A stretch of DNA of 64,000 bases from Alphaproteobacteria bacterium UBA2903 (GTDB taxonomy: Bacteria > Pseudomonadota > Alphaproteobacteria > CAAGCB01 > CAG-977). The notes under the pieces are model-generated. The model ran no database searches, had not been told where the DNA came from, and saw nothing but the letters and a program-made list of their open reading frames with translations. The stretch lies in the NCBI GenBank assembly GCA_002349565.1, contig DEDN01000027.1, positions 39,669 to 103,668 of the forward strand, given 5' to 3'. Every line of letters starts with the position of its first letter. The stretch's first letter is position 1. The position numbers were made by a program, and so were the translations under genes. This document shows, in pieces, positions 25,821-36,376 of this stretch.

Positions 25821-28800
25821 TCAGAACTGGAACGACAAATTCGCCGAAACGGAATGCGACAGATATGACGACGCGATATCGGCGTCGTATTTTGCCGACA
25901 GAGAGATTTTTCTGCCGAATATCCAATAAACTTCCGCCCCCGCATTGAACGTCAGGGCGTCGGGTTTTGCGCCTTCAACGGTATAGCTTGCACCGTTTGA
26001 CAAAGCAACCTCGGCTTTGTCGGCGGAACGCGAAATGTCGTAAGCCGCCCCCACATTCAGGTTCATGCCCGTTTTCGTCCATTTGGTCTGCTTCAAGGGC
26101 AGCTCCCAGCGGTTATCCACGCTCAGCGTCAGCGTTTTAAAGGACTGCGCCGCGACCTTTTGTCCCGCGGAATCTTCGCGTGCGTCAAGATTTGCCGCAC
26201 TGTAGCGCAATCCGACAGAGGGATTGTAGACATCAAAATTGCCCCCTGCCGTGATTTGCACCCCGTATTGCTTGGCGTCGTAAGTGTCCGACAGCTTCAA
26301 AGTACCGACAGTCTTGTCTTCATCGTACGCCCCCGCCCCGAAGTTGACGATTGCCGACAGGTAAGTTTCGTTCGGCTTGAACGTGCCGTAAACGAACAGC
26401 GTGTTTGACGTAAACGTCGTTTTACGATTCAAGGCGGTAATGTCCGTCGTCGTGTGCGCATATCCGACGCCTGCCGCCGCAATATCCATCATCACCGTGT
26501 CCAGTCCGACGGTAAAGCCCGTGCTTGTCCCCGAAAAACCGTCGGGTTTTCCGTCGTCTTTGTACGTCGTTTTGTTCAGCAAGGTTTCCGCCCAAACGCT
26601 TGCGGTCGGAGTCCGCCAGTTTTGGTATTCGGCCAATCCGTTCGACCAATAGTTTTCGTACGGCTTGCCGCGGACGGACGAACGCGCAGCGCCCCTGCCG
26701 TAAGCTTTTTGATAATACTTGCGCGCATCGTAATAGCTCGATCCGCCCGATCTGCCGCGCCGCATCCCGCGCATCAGCTTTTGATCGCGTCTGAAGCCGT
26801 AAGAGCTTCTGCCCAGTTTGTCATGCAACGCCGTCAAGCGTTTCACCGTCATGGAGTTTATCACTCTCTGCGACCGCAAATGCGCCGCCGACACAGCCCC
26901 CGACACATCGGGCGCCGCCGCCGTCAAACCGTCCAAAAAGCTTTGCTTGTCCGATTGTTCCAGACGGTTCAGCTCATCCGCCAGGTCGTAAGTTTTGTCG
27001 CCTTCATCGAAAGGCGGATGATCCAGCAGTCCTTCCGCCGTATTTTGCTGATTTTTGTTGCCGCCCGCGTTTCCGGCGTTTTCCGCCGACGTATGAAGCT
27101 TTGCTATTCGATAGTTCCCGTTGCTTTCCGCCGTTATTTTGTATTTTTCGTTTGCGACTTCGGCAAACGCGCCGTTTTGAGAACCGTCGAACAGCTTGAA
27201 CACAACCCCGTTCTTGGGGATATAAGTGTTGTACTCGACTTCAATGGACAAAGCCGAATTGGACACCGTCGTACCGCCCGTGATTTTACCGTGTCCGACG
27301 CCCGTCGCATTGCCGTTGCCGTCCGTCGCATTTTTGCCGATTTGCAGCTTCAGCGTCCCGTTTTCCATTGTAAAGGCATTGGCGGTAATTTGATTTTTCC
27401 CGATATTCAAAGTCCCGCCCGACACAGCCAAAGTTCCGATATTCGCCTGAGAAAGCACGGTATCCGACCCGTTCAGCCGCAAAACGCCCGCCCCTGACAA
27501 GCTGCCGATAGTCGCCGCCGCGTTGTTCAACGTCAACCTGTTTTCGACCGCCGCGCTTCGCACCGTCAAAGTCCCGCCATTGATAACGCCGTCCGTTCCC
27601 GTTTGCTTCAGATTTGCCACGCTCAAGCCGTTTTCGACATCGACGCGCCCGCCGTCTTTCAGCGTCAAGCCGTTGACAGAAGCCGTCTGCGCCGTCGCCT
27701 GCCCCGACAATTCGATTTCCGCCACGCTCAAATTCGCGCCCAATACGCTGCCCGTTCCCGTCAAAGCAAGCGTCCCGTCGCCGGCAACCGTACCGCCCGA
27801 CGCAACACTGACCGTCGGCACGCTCAGCCGTTGACCCGCGTTGATTTTAACCGCCCCGCCCTTTCCGCCGAACGTCAGCCCGCCGAATGCCGCATCGGAA
27901 ACGACTGTCGCCGTTCCCGCTTTCGCGTCCGTTCCGATTTGCAAAGTGCCGCCGAAGTTTGCGCCTAAAACCGCATCGCCCGCCGCAATCAGCGTACCGT
28001 TACCCGCAATGTCGCGCGTTAAATTCAGCGATCCGTTCACCGTCAGACCGCCGCTCAGAGTCAAAGCGCCGCTTCCCCCGAAATCGAGCGTGTTGACCGT
28101 CGTATCGTTCGTCAAAACCAGCCCCGCGTTGATTTGAAGCGTATCGACATCCGCCTGCGCCGTCAGCTCTCCGTCGTGCGCCCAAATCAGCTTTGTTCCC
28201 GACAGTTTTCCGCCTGCGTTTACAAACGCCGCATCCACCGTCAAAGTGCCGAAAGACACCGTTCCGCCGTTCAGCGTCAGATTCAAAGCGGACAGCGCGT
28301 AATCCGTTTTCAAGTTCAGCAATCCGTCCGTCATTGTTATGCCCGCGCTGTTCAAAACAGAGTTTTCCAGCGAAAGCACACCGTTTTTTTCGACTTCCAG
28401 CGTACCGTTTTCGATTGTTTTCGCCGCCAAACCGCCCGACACTTTGACCGTGCCGCCGTCCATGGTCAGCTTGTCCGCTTTCAAAACGCCCGACCCGAAG
28501 ATTTTACCGTTTTTCATCGACAGTTCCGCTATCGACACGTCGCCGTTTTCACCTGCGCCGACACCGCCGCCGTTTTCGACCGTCAAAGTCGGCAGAACCG
28601 TTTTTCCGTTGAACAAAGCCGTCGCTTTTTCCCCGACGACAATTTTCGTTCCGTTCACGGCGGAACCGAACACGCTGTCCCCGTTTGTCAGTTTCAGCGT
28701 GCCTTCGCCCGTAATTTTGTTGCCGTCGCCGACTGTCGTGATTTTGGACACGCTGAAAGTGCCGTTTTTGATATTCAGCGTACCGCCCGTTTTGTCGCCG

Positions 28801-29507
28801 AAGCGGAAGTTTTTAACGTTGGTGTCCGCCGTAATGGTGACAGTTCCGCGCATGACTTGCAATCCGCCCAATTCACCGAATTCGCCCGCATTGCCCGCAA
28901 AAGTCAAACTGGTTTCGTTCAGCAGGCTCAAGTATCCCGCGCCCGTTATCGTCAACCCCGTCGGCAAAGCCTGAGAACTGCCCAAATCCAGCCCGAAAGC
29001 GGCATCTTCGGCAATGGTTACCGTATTGTTCGTTCCCGTAAAGCCGTAAGCGTTCAGTTCACCCGTTGCGATGACCAGCTTTGCCCCGTCCGCCAAAGTC
29101 ATATTTTCAACGTCGCCCGTCGTGCCGTTAAACGTAAACGTCCCCTCGTTGACATTCAAAGCATCGACATCCATTTTGCCGTTGAAAGCGGCATTCCCCG
29201 CCAAAGTCAGCGTTCCGCCCCTCAACGTTGACGGCGCATCGCCCGATTGCAGGGAATCGACCGTCAAAACGCCGCTCCAATCAACCGACGCGTTGTTCAG
29301 CTTCAAGTTTTTGATGGCTGCCGATCCGAAAGCCGCCGACGCTCCGTCCAACAGCAGCAGCCCGTCACCCGAAGCCGCAATGCCGTCCTTGACGGATTTT
29401 GTGATTGTCAGCGTCTTGCCTGCATTGATGATTACGTCGGCATTCAGCGCGCCGACCGTCGAATCCCCCGTAATAGTCGCCTGTCCGCCGCTCAAAGTTC
29501 CCAGCAC
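25821..29507 (-). CDS. Autotransporter, C-terminal fragment (passenger repeats plus beta-barrel translocator)
   Basis: It has no signal peptide, Gly/Thr-rich beta-helical repeats and a C-terminal barrel ending ...SANLSFQF. The annotated start is a GTG in the middle of the passenger. This ORF is very likely continuous with 29492-34501 (see findings). Confidence 0.8.
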   Translation of the reverse strand: MLGTLSGGQATITGDSTVGALNADVIINAGKTLTITKSVKDGIAASGDGLLLLDGASAAFGSAAIKNLKLNNASVDWSGVLTVDSLQSGDAPSTLRGGTLTLAGNAAFNGKMDVDALNVNEGTFTFNGTTGDVENMTLADGAKLVIATGELNAYGFTGTNNTVTIAEDAAFGLDLGSSQALPTGLTITGAGYLSLLNETSLTFAGNAGEFGELGGLQVMRGTVTITADTNVKNFRFGDKTGGTLNIKNGTFSVSKITTVGDGNKITGEGTLKLTNGDSVFGSAVNGTKIVVGEKATALFNGKTVLPTLTVENGGGVGAGENGDVSIAELSMKNGKIFGSGVLKADKLTMDGGTVKVSGGLAAKTIENGTLEVEKNGVLSLENSVLNSAGITMTDGLLNLKTDYALSALNLTLNGGTVSFGTLTVDAAFVNAGGKLSGTKLIWAHDGELTAQADVDTLQINAGLVLTNDTTVNTLDFGGSGALTLSGGLTVNGSLNLTRDIAGNGTLIAAGDAVLGANFGGTLQIGTDAKAGTATVVSDAAFGGLTFGGKGGAVKINAGQRLSVPTVSVASGGTVAGDGTLALTGTGSVLGANLSVAEIELSGQATAQTASVNGLTLKDGGRVDVENGLSVANLKQTGTDGVINGGTLTVRSAAVENRLTLNNAAATIGSLSGAGVLRLNGSDTVLSQANIGTLAVSGGTLNIGKNQITANAFTMENGTLKLQIGKNATDGNGNATGVGHGKITGGTTVSNSALSIEVEYNTYIPKNGVVFKLFDGSQNGAFAEVANEKYKITAESNGNYRIAKLHTSAENAGNAGGNKNQQNTAEGLLDHPPFDEGDKTYDLADELNRLEQSDKQSFLDGLTAAAPDVSGAVSAAHLRSQRVINSMTVKRLTALHDKLGRSSYGFRRDQKLMRGMRRGRSGGSSYYDARKYYQKAYGRGAARSSVRGKPYENYWSNGLAEYQNWRTPTASVWAETLLNKTTYKDDGKPDGFSGTSTGFTVGLDTVMMDIAAAGVGYAHTTTDITALNRKTTFTSNTLFVYGTFKPNETYLSAIVNFGAGAYDEDKTVGTLKLSDTYDAKQYGVQITAGGNFDVYNPSVGLRYSAANLDAREDSAGQKVAAQSFKTLTLSVDNRWELPLKQTKWTKTGMNLNVGAAYDISRSADKAEVALSNGASYTVEGAKPDALTFNAGAEVYWIFGRKISLSAKYDADIASSYLSHSVSANLSFQF

Positions 29508-32500
29508 CTTGCCGCCCGTGGTAAACGGCCGCCGTTTGTCAGCGTCAGTTCGCCGACGCCCGAAACGGATGTCGCTCTTAAAGCCCCGTTGACCGTCAGC
29601 GATCTGTTGACGACAACGTCCGCCCCCGCCGTCAAGTCGTTCAAGCTTGCGGTATCAAAAACCGCTCCGCCGGTCAGCTTCAGATTTCCGCCCGACACCG
29701 AGTTTCCCGCCGCATTCAGCTGCGCAATAGTCAGCGTCGCCCCTTTCTCTATGGTCAAAGTGCCGCCCGTCGCCGTAAATTCAAAAGCCTTGAATACGCT
29801 GTTCGCCTTAATTTCCGCCGTTGTTTGCCCGACGCGAACCGTCCCGTTGAACGTCCCGCCGAATGTTCCTTTTGCCCCCAAAGTCAGCGTTCCTTCCCCC
29901 GCATCGACCAAATGTCCGCTGTAATCCAATTCGTTGTTGACGGTCAGCTGTCCGTTCAGCGTCAAAGAGCCGCTACCGCCGAATGTCAAATGCGACAGCG
30001 TGTAATCGCCCGTTTTCGTAATTTCGGTGTTTTGTGCGGTCAGATTCAACGTCCCGCCGCCCGTAATGTTTCCGCCGCTCAGAATACCGTGCGACAGCGA
30101 CAGAACCGCACCGTCGGCAAGAACGATTGTTCCCTGATTCAATTCCATTTCATTCAGGGAATAGTTCCCGTTAAACGTCGCGCGGGCGTTTGCGCCGTCC
30201 ATGACAAAGCGCAGCATTTTCGTCGAATCGCCCGCTTTGAAATCGGCTTGAGCCGAATCAATCAGCCGCAAGGTCGCTTCCCCTGCATTGATTGCCCCCG
30301 AAAACGATTTGGATATGGTCAGCGTTTTGTCGGCTGCCACTTTGGCGGTAACGCCGTCTTTGATTTTTAAAGTGCCGATCGTCGAATTGTCGTAAAAGGT
30401 CGTTTCCCCGTTGACAGTCAGATCGGCTAACGTTTTGCTTCCCGTGGCGAGCATTCCGCCCGTGGCGAGCATTCCGCCCGCGCCGACGGTCAAAGAACCG
30501 TCGCCGTAAACATAATAAGGCCCGCCCGACAGGTTCAAAGCGTCCAAAACCGCCAAGCTTGCCCCGGCTTCGATTGCGATGTTGCCGCCCGCAATGAATT
30601 TTTGAATGACGGAACCGCGTTTCCCGCTTGTAAAAGTCGTCAATGCTTCGGTGGTCAAAGTGCCGTTGTTCATCATCGCGTTGGCAAGCGTGCTTTCGGC
30701 TTTCAAAATCAAATTGCCGCCGCTGCTTTCCAAAGTGTTGCCCGCCCGCATGGACAATCCGTTGTTTATTGTCAAAGTCCCGTTCTGCAGTTCCAGCGTA
30801 CCGGCATCCGCTGTCATGAAAATCACATCGTCAATCGTCATATCGTTGGCGATTGTCGCCGTTCCTCTGTAGATTTTCAGCCCTTTCAGCGTCAAATCGT
30901 CCGAACCGCCGAACGTCATGCTCGTGTTGTTCAGCAAGCCGAGAGTCCCCGCACCGCTGATTTTAACGTTGTCCATATTGGACGCCGAGGCATCGAAATC
31001 CAGTTCCGCCCCGCTGCTTAACACGATTTCGTTGCTTGCGGCTTTGAAATCCGAACTTTTGACCGTCAACGCCCCCTTGACGGTCAGTTTGGCATCGTTC
31101 GTTCCGGAAAACCGCAGCTTGTCCACGGTATTGGAGCCGCCCGACAAATCCAGCGTCAAAGAAACGTTCCCGCCGTCCGCCGTCAGCGCTAAAGTCCCGA
31201 AATCGGCAAACGTGCCGCCGATCATCCCCGAACGCCCTTTGCCGTCAGCCGCCAGCTCCAGCGTGCCTTTGCCCGTAAAGTCGGCATAAGGAATGCGGCT
31301 TTGATCCGCCGCGCTGTTGAACGACAGTTTTCCGTCAATGTTGATTTTCGCGTTTTTAAACGCGTTGCCGCCGGTCGATCGGAAAGTGTTCGCCAAAACA
31401 TCGCCCTTGACATTGATGATTGCCGCCCCGGACGAACGCAGATCAAGGTCTAGCCAGTACAGCGTCATATCGGATGACAGGTTTGCCGTGCCGCCGCCGT
31501 TGACTTTGACGGTATGATAAGTCGCATTGTTTTCGGCAATGTTCAAAACGGCGTTTTTCTGAACGATCAATTCAGCCCTGTCCGACGATCCTTTGACGTC
31601 CAAAGCGGCGGAAATCGCCGAATCGTTTCCGACCGTAAACAAAGCCGAATGGGATTCGTGTTCCGTAGAAACGTCCCACTCGAAATCATCCAGATACAGC
31701 GTCCCGCCCCGTTCGAAAACGATTTCGGATTGAACTTCCGTATTGCCCGTATTTTCCTGCCAAAAATAAATTTTTGATTTTCCGTCGGTCAGGCGGTCGG
31801 TTTGCGCGGTTTTAAAACGCACCGACGCCCCGTCCAGCTTCAAAACGGCATTGTTTTTCAGGGACAGGGAATCTTTGATAATGAATGCCGTGTTGACGCT
31901 CGGTCCCGTCACGGTCGTTCCGTCCAGCGTCAGATTGTTCAGCGTGAACGACTGCGCCCCGCCCTTTGTCGTCGCAGACGAATACCCCGTCAAAATTATC
32001 GTGTCGGCATAAACGTCGCCCGAAAAATTCAGCGTGTCCGCCGCGCTTTTCGCCGTCGCGGTCAGCGTCCCGAACGATTTGTTCCCTCCTATGACGGAAA
32101 ACAGCCCCGAACCGTTCAGAACAAGCGTTCCTTCGCCGTAAAGACCGTATTTCGACAGATCCAACGCGCTGTTGACTTCCAAAGTCGTTCCCGCTTCGAC
32201 GGTAACGTCGCCGTTCGCAGTGTAAGTGCCGATTGTGGACTTGCCGCCCTTGAACGTCGCCTTTTGCGCGGTCAACGTTCCCAAAACCGTATTGCTGAAC
32301 GAACTGTCGCCCTGAACAATCAGCGCGCCCTTCGCCCCGTCGATTTTATTGCCCGTCCCCATGGTTACGCCGGATTTCACGGTCAGCGTTTTGCCGCTGT
32401 CGATACCGAGCGTTCCGCCCGTATCCTGCATGAATTTCAGTTTGTCGATGGAAATGCCGGCTTTGATGACCGCCTCTGCTTTGCCGTCGATTTCCAGCCC

Positions 32501-34501
32501 TTCCAGCGTCAGATAGCCGACCGCCGCTTTGCTCAGTTCCAATTTCGAAGAATTCAGCAGCCCCAACGTCCCCGTGCCGATGATATTGGCGGGCAAAGTC
32601 CCTTTGACGTCGAAATAAAGCGTCGAACCGCTGTTCAATTTGATTTTTCCGTTGCCCGACAAAGCGTTGACCGTCAGCTTCCCCGCCAACAAATTGAATG
32701 TTTCGTCGGATGAAAACACCAAATTTTTGATAATGCTGCTGCCGTTTGCGTTGTTGGCGTTGCTCTGCCCCGTAAAATTCAAATCAGCCCCAAGGCGCAG
32801 CGTCCCCAAATTGTCGAAAACGCCCGTAAAGCCAATAGCGGATTGGATGAAAACCGTTCCGTTTCCCGTCAGCGTTCCCAGCCACTTCGTTGCGTCATAT
32901 CGGGAAAAGGGTTTGTTCCAAACAACGACATCCGAAACGTTCAGCTGACCGTCAACCTTGTAAGTCGGAAAGATGTCGGCGGTTTGCACGATTTTTGACG
33001 GATTGAACACCGCTCCGGACTTGACGGTGCTTGTTTTCGCCGTATCCGCGTAAAGGTAATCCGCTTTGACCGTTCCGCCCGAAACGACCCAGTTGCCGCC
33101 GCTGACACCGTAAAAAGCCGAATTGTTCAGATCGACGTATCCTTTGACGATGAGCTTTTTGTATTTGTCGGCATCCGCGGCAAGAGTCAGCGCCGTTGAA
33201 TCGCTGTAGTTTCCGATAGTTGCATAAACGTCTGACGTCCCTGTAACCGCCGTCAGATCCAGCGCCGACAAATCCAGCGTTCCGCCGTTTTTATATAACA
33301 GCGTGCTGTGCAAAGACATGGCAAGTTTTGATGCCCCTTTGTGGGTAACATCCCCCAAAACCAAAACGCCGTCTCTTCCGACCGTCAAGGTCGAATTGCT
33401 CAGCGTCAGTTTGTCGATAATCGTTTTTCCTTTCGAATAAACCGTCGCTTTGCTGTTTGTCAGCAACAAATCTTCGATTTTTCCGTTTGTGGCGGCAAAA
33501 TTAACGTGTTCCGACCCCGCCCCGCCGACGGACATTTTCTGCACATAAAAAGTGTGCGTACCGTCTGTATATTCGCTATGCACAGGAGTACCTATCAGAA
33601 CAGAATTATCCGTTGTTGAAATGTTCAATTCTTTCAGCGGATCGGAAAAAGTGTCGGACGCGCTGTCATATTGCCCGACATTGTGAAACTCGGCTAATCC
33701 GCCTGTAGCAACATACGCCGTAATCGTATGATTGCCCGATAAATAAAGTTCCTCAACAGACGACGCACCTGCGAAGTAAATACTCCCTACTGTAATATCG
33801 TTGTTCAGTATCACCCTTCCGGTATACAGAAACTCATTGACAAAATCCCACTTTCCGTTGATGGTTGAAGTTCCGCCATTGGAAAAACGAATCTCGTTTG
33901 CTCGAACATTTTCGGAATTGAAAACAAGCGTTCCGTCGAATTGATATATTCCGTCCCCGTTTAAGGAACCGCTGAAGTTGATATCGTTCGCTCTGAAAAG
34001 GATAATAGAGTCTGTAGTAGCCGAAAAACTTGCATTTTTTCCGACACTAATAGTATTACCGGCAAAAAATTCAAGACTCCTTTCGGAACCGGAACTGTTA
34101 GTAAAATTCCCGGATTCTATTTGTATGTTACGGGCTTCAAATCCAAAATAATACATACTGTGTTCAAGTGTGCCTAAATTTTTGAAAACAAGATCACCGC
34201 TGGCCATATCATTTGGACTTTTCAGCCCGACGGCAAATGAGCCACCGTCCTCTGTTGTAAAATCGTGCGAACTTCCGTTTGTTGTGTCAATAGTCACCGT
34301 TGTCGCATTTTTCAGTAAATCGGACGGAGCTGTTCTGGGAAACTTTCCGCCGTTTTGAATCAGCAAAGCTCCGTTCCCTTGGTCAATAATGCTGATATCT
34401 TCGGCTATTGCCGGACACGCGAACAGCGCCGTTGTCGTCAACAGCGTTTTCAAAAATCCGATTTTTCTTTTCCGTCGCGTCATAGATATTCTGTCTGACA
34501 A
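29492..34501 (-). CDS. Autotransporter, N-terminal fragment (signal peptide plus 1,640-aa passenger, no barrel)
   Basis: Extended signal peptide MSDRISMTRRKRKIGFLKTLLTTTALFACPAIA, then Gly/Thr/Asn-rich passenger repeats. The ORF ends at a TGA 11 codons after a frame break. Confidence 0.8.
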   Translation of the reverse strand: MSDRISMTRRKRKIGFLKTLLTTTALFACPAIAEDISIIDQGNGALLIQNGGKFPRTAPSDLLKNATTVTIDTTNGSSHDFTTEDGGSFAVGLKSPNDMASGDLVFKNLGTLEHSMYYFGFEARNIQIESGNFTNSSGSERSLEFFAGNTISVGKNASFSATTDSIILFRANDINFSGSLNGDGIYQFDGTLVFNSENVRANEIRFSNGGTSTINGKWDFVNEFLYTGRVILNNDITVGSIYFAGASSVEELYLSGNHTITAYVATGGLAEFHNVGQYDSASDTFSDPLKELNISTTDNSVLIGTPVHSEYTDGTHTFYVQKMSVGGAGSEHVNFAATNGKIEDLLLTNSKATVYSKGKTIIDKLTLSNSTLTVGRDGVLVLGDVTHKGASKLAMSLHSTLLYKNGGTLDLSALDLTAVTGTSDVYATIGNYSDSTALTLAADADKYKKLIVKGYVDLNNSAFYGVSGGNWVVSGGTVKADYLYADTAKTSTVKSGAVFNPSKIVQTADIFPTYKVDGQLNVSDVVVWNKPFSRYDATKWLGTLTGNGTVFIQSAIGFTGVFDNLGTLRLGADLNFTGQSNANNANGSSIIKNLVFSSDETFNLLAGKLTVNALSGNGKIKLNSGSTLYFDVKGTLPANIIGTGTLGLLNSSKLELSKAAVGYLTLEGLEIDGKAEAVIKAGISIDKLKFMQDTGGTLGIDSGKTLTVKSGVTMGTGNKIDGAKGALIVQGDSSFSNTVLGTLTAQKATFKGGKSTIGTYTANGDVTVEAGTTLEVNSALDLSKYGLYGEGTLVLNGSGLFSVIGGNKSFGTLTATAKSAADTLNFSGDVYADTIILTGYSSATTKGGAQSFTLNNLTLDGTTVTGPSVNTAFIIKDSLSLKNNAVLKLDGASVRFKTAQTDRLTDGKSKIYFWQENTGNTEVQSEIVFERGGTLYLDDFEWDVSTEHESHSALFTVGNDSAISAALDVKGSSDRAELIVQKNAVLNIAENNATYHTVKVNGGGTANLSSDMTLYWLDLDLRSSGAAIINVKGDVLANTFRSTGGNAFKNAKINIDGKLSFNSAADQSRIPYADFTGKGTLELAADGKGRSGMIGGTFADFGTLALTADGGNVSLTLDLSGGSNTVDKLRFSGTNDAKLTVKGALTVKSSDFKAASNEIVLSSGAELDFDASASNMDNVKISGAGTLGLLNNTSMTFGGSDDLTLKGLKIYRGTATIANDMTIDDVIFMTADAGTLELQNGTLTINNGLSMRAGNTLESSGGNLILKAESTLANAMMNNGTLTTEALTTFTSGKRGSVIQKFIAGGNIAIEAGASLAVLDALNLSGGPYYVYGDGSLTVGAGGMLATGGMLATGSKTLADLTVNGETTFYDNSTIGTLKIKDGVTAKVAADKTLTISKSFSGAINAGEATLRLIDSAQADFKAGDSTKMLRFVMDGANARATFNGNYSLNEMELNQGTIVLADGAVLSLSHGILSGGNITGGGTLNLTAQNTEITKTGDYTLSHLTFGGSGSLTLNGQLTVNNELDYSGHLVDAGEGTLTLGAKGTFGGTFNGTVRVGQTTAEIKANSVFKAFEFTATGGTLTIEKGATLTIAQLNAAGNSVSGGNLKLTGGAVFDTASLNDLTAGADVVVNRSLTVNGALRATSVSGVGELTLTNGGRLPRAARCWEL

Positions 34502-34648
34502 AGGGATAATGTTTTAAAGTAAAACTTCTTGTCTAATCTGGCAAGGATTATTATCGTCTGTTTTCCCCTGCTGACAGCAAGGCAAGGCTTGCCTTTCCTG
34601 CAAAAAGCGTGTAGAAATCGGAAAATTTCAAATATCGGGGATTCCGCC

Positions 34649-36376
34649 ATGTTCAAACTCGCCCGCTTTTTGGCAAACTATAAAAAAGAATGCGTCATCG
34701 GTCCTTTGTTCAAGTTTTTGGAAGCCTGCTTCGAACTGTTCGTGCCGCTGGTCATGGCGGGAATTATCGACATCGGCATCAAAAACGGCGACACCGCTTA
34801 TATTTACAAAATGGGCGGGCTGATGGTGGCTTTGGGACTGCTGGGGCTGATTTGCTCCCTGACCGCTCAGTTTTTCGCCGCCAAAGCGTCCATGGGCTTC
34901 GGCACGGCGCTGCGCAGCGCGCTGTTTCGCCACATCGGCGATTTGTCCTATGCCGAATTGGACGAAGTCGGCACGCCGTCGCTGATTACGCGGCTGACGG
35001 GCGACATCAATCAGGCGCAATCGGGCGTAAATTTGGCTTTGCGGCTGTTTTTGCGCTCCCCCTTTATCGTTGTCGGCGCGATTGTCATGGCGTTTTTCGT
35101 CGACGTGAAGCTGGCGGCGATTTTCCTAATTGCCTCGCCGCTGATCGGCGCGGTGATTTGGTTTGTCATGGCAAAGTGCATCCCGTATTACAAACGCATC
35201 CAATCCCTGATGGACAAAGTGTCCCTGCTGGTGCGCGAAAACCTGACGGGCGTGCGCGTCATCCGCGCGTTTTCCAAGCAAAAGGAAGAACACAAAGCCT
35301 TTGAAAACACTTGCGTTTCCCTGATGGACGAGCAGGTAACGGCGGGCAAAATCGCGGCTTTGCTGAACCCCGCAACGTATGTCGTCGTCAATCTGGCAGT
35401 CATCGCGATTGTGTGGGGCGGCGGCTTTCAAGTCAACGCGGGCGATTTGACGCAGGGCGAAGTCATCGCGCTTGTCAATTATATGTCGCAAATTCTGCTG
35501 GCTCTGGTCGCTTTGGCAAACTTGATTGTCGTGTTTACGAAAGCGTCCGCTTCCGCCGCGCGCATCAACGACGTGTTCGCGATTTTCCCGACGGTAAAGG
35601 AAAACAAAAACACGGCAAGCCCCGCAACGGACGCGCCCTGCGTGCGGTTCGAAAACGTGTCGTTCGCCTATAAAAACGCCGAAGCGGAAGCCCTTTCAAG
35701 CATTGACTTCGCCGTGCCTGCGGGGGCGACGGTCGGCATCATCGGCGGCACGGGATCGGGCAAAACGACCTTAATCAACCTGATTGCCCGCTTTTACGAC
35801 ACAACCAAAGGGCGCGTTTTAATCGACGGCGCTGACGTTCGGGATTACGCCTTTGCCGACCTGCGCCGCAAAATCGGAATCGTCCCGCAAAAAGCCGTAT
35901 TGTTCAAAGGTACCATCCGCGACAATATGCGCTGGGCAAAAGCCGACGCGACGGACGCGGAAATCTGGCAGGCTTTGAAAATCGCGCAGGGCGAAGAGTT
36001 TGTTTCATCCAAACCCGAACAGCTTGACACGCCGATAGCGCAAGGCGGGCGCAACCTGTCGGGCGGGCAAAGGCAAAGACTGACCATCGCGCGGGCTTTG
36101 GTCGGTTCGCCCGATATTTTGATTTTGGACGACAGCGCGTCGGCTCTGGACTTCGCAACCGATGCGAAACTGCGCAAAGCGATAAAGAACGAAACAAAAG
36201 GCGCGACGGTGTTTCTGGTATCCCAGCGCATTTCGACGGTGCGCGGCGCGGACTTTATCGTCGTTTTGGACGACGGCAAAGCGGTCGGCATCGGCACGCA
36301 CGGCGATTTGTTCGAAAACTGCCCCGTTTACCGCGAAATCTGCCTGTCACAGCTGGAAAAAGAGGAGGCGGCGTAA
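34649..36376 (+). CDS. ABC exporter, fused permease-ATPase (half-transporter A)
   Basis: A 6-TM domain followed by Walker A GGTGSGKTT, the signature LSGGQRQR and Walker B ILILDD. The start is at the ATG at 34649, not the upstream TTG. Confidence 0.9.
   Translation: MFKLARFLANYKKECVIGPLFKFLEACFELFVPLVMAGIIDIGIKNGDTAYIYKMGGLMVALGLLGLICSLTAQFFAAKASMGFGTALRSALFRHIGDLSYAELDEVGTPSLITRLTGDINQAQSGVNLALRLFLRSPFIVVGAIVMAFFVDVKLAAIFLIASPLIGAVIWFVMAKCIPYYKRIQSLMDKVSLLVRENLTGVRVIRAFSKQKEEHKAFENTCVSLMDEQVTAGKIAALLNPATYVVVNLAVIAIVWGGGFQVNAGDLTQGEVIALVNYMSQILLALVALANLIVVFTKASASAARINDVFAIFPTVKENKNTASPATDAPCVRFENVSFAYKNAEAEALSSIDFAVPAGATVGIIGGTGSGKTTLINLIARFYDTTKGRVLIDGADVRDYAFADLRRKIGIVPQKAVLFKGTIRDNMRWAKADATDAEIWQALKIAQGEEFVSSKPEQLDTPIAQGGRNLSGGQRQRLTIARALVGSPDILILDDSASALDFATDAKLRKAIKNETKGATVFLVSQRISTVRGADFIVVLDDGKAVGIGTHGDLFENCPVYREICLSQLEKEEAA

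Noticed and set aside
26454-29231. Several 200-365-aa plus-strand ORFs (26454-27497, 28134-29231, 28339-28974)
   Set aside because: They are antisense to the autotransporter passenger. The repetitive Gly/Thr codons on the coding strand give long open Pro/Ser/Arg-rich antisense frames.
34529-34648. N-terminal 40-aa extension of the first ABC transporter ORF (MSNLARIIIVCF...)
   Set aside because: It depends on a TTG with no RBS. The ATG at 34649 is followed immediately by the conserved transporter N-terminus, so the extension is most likely 5' UTR.
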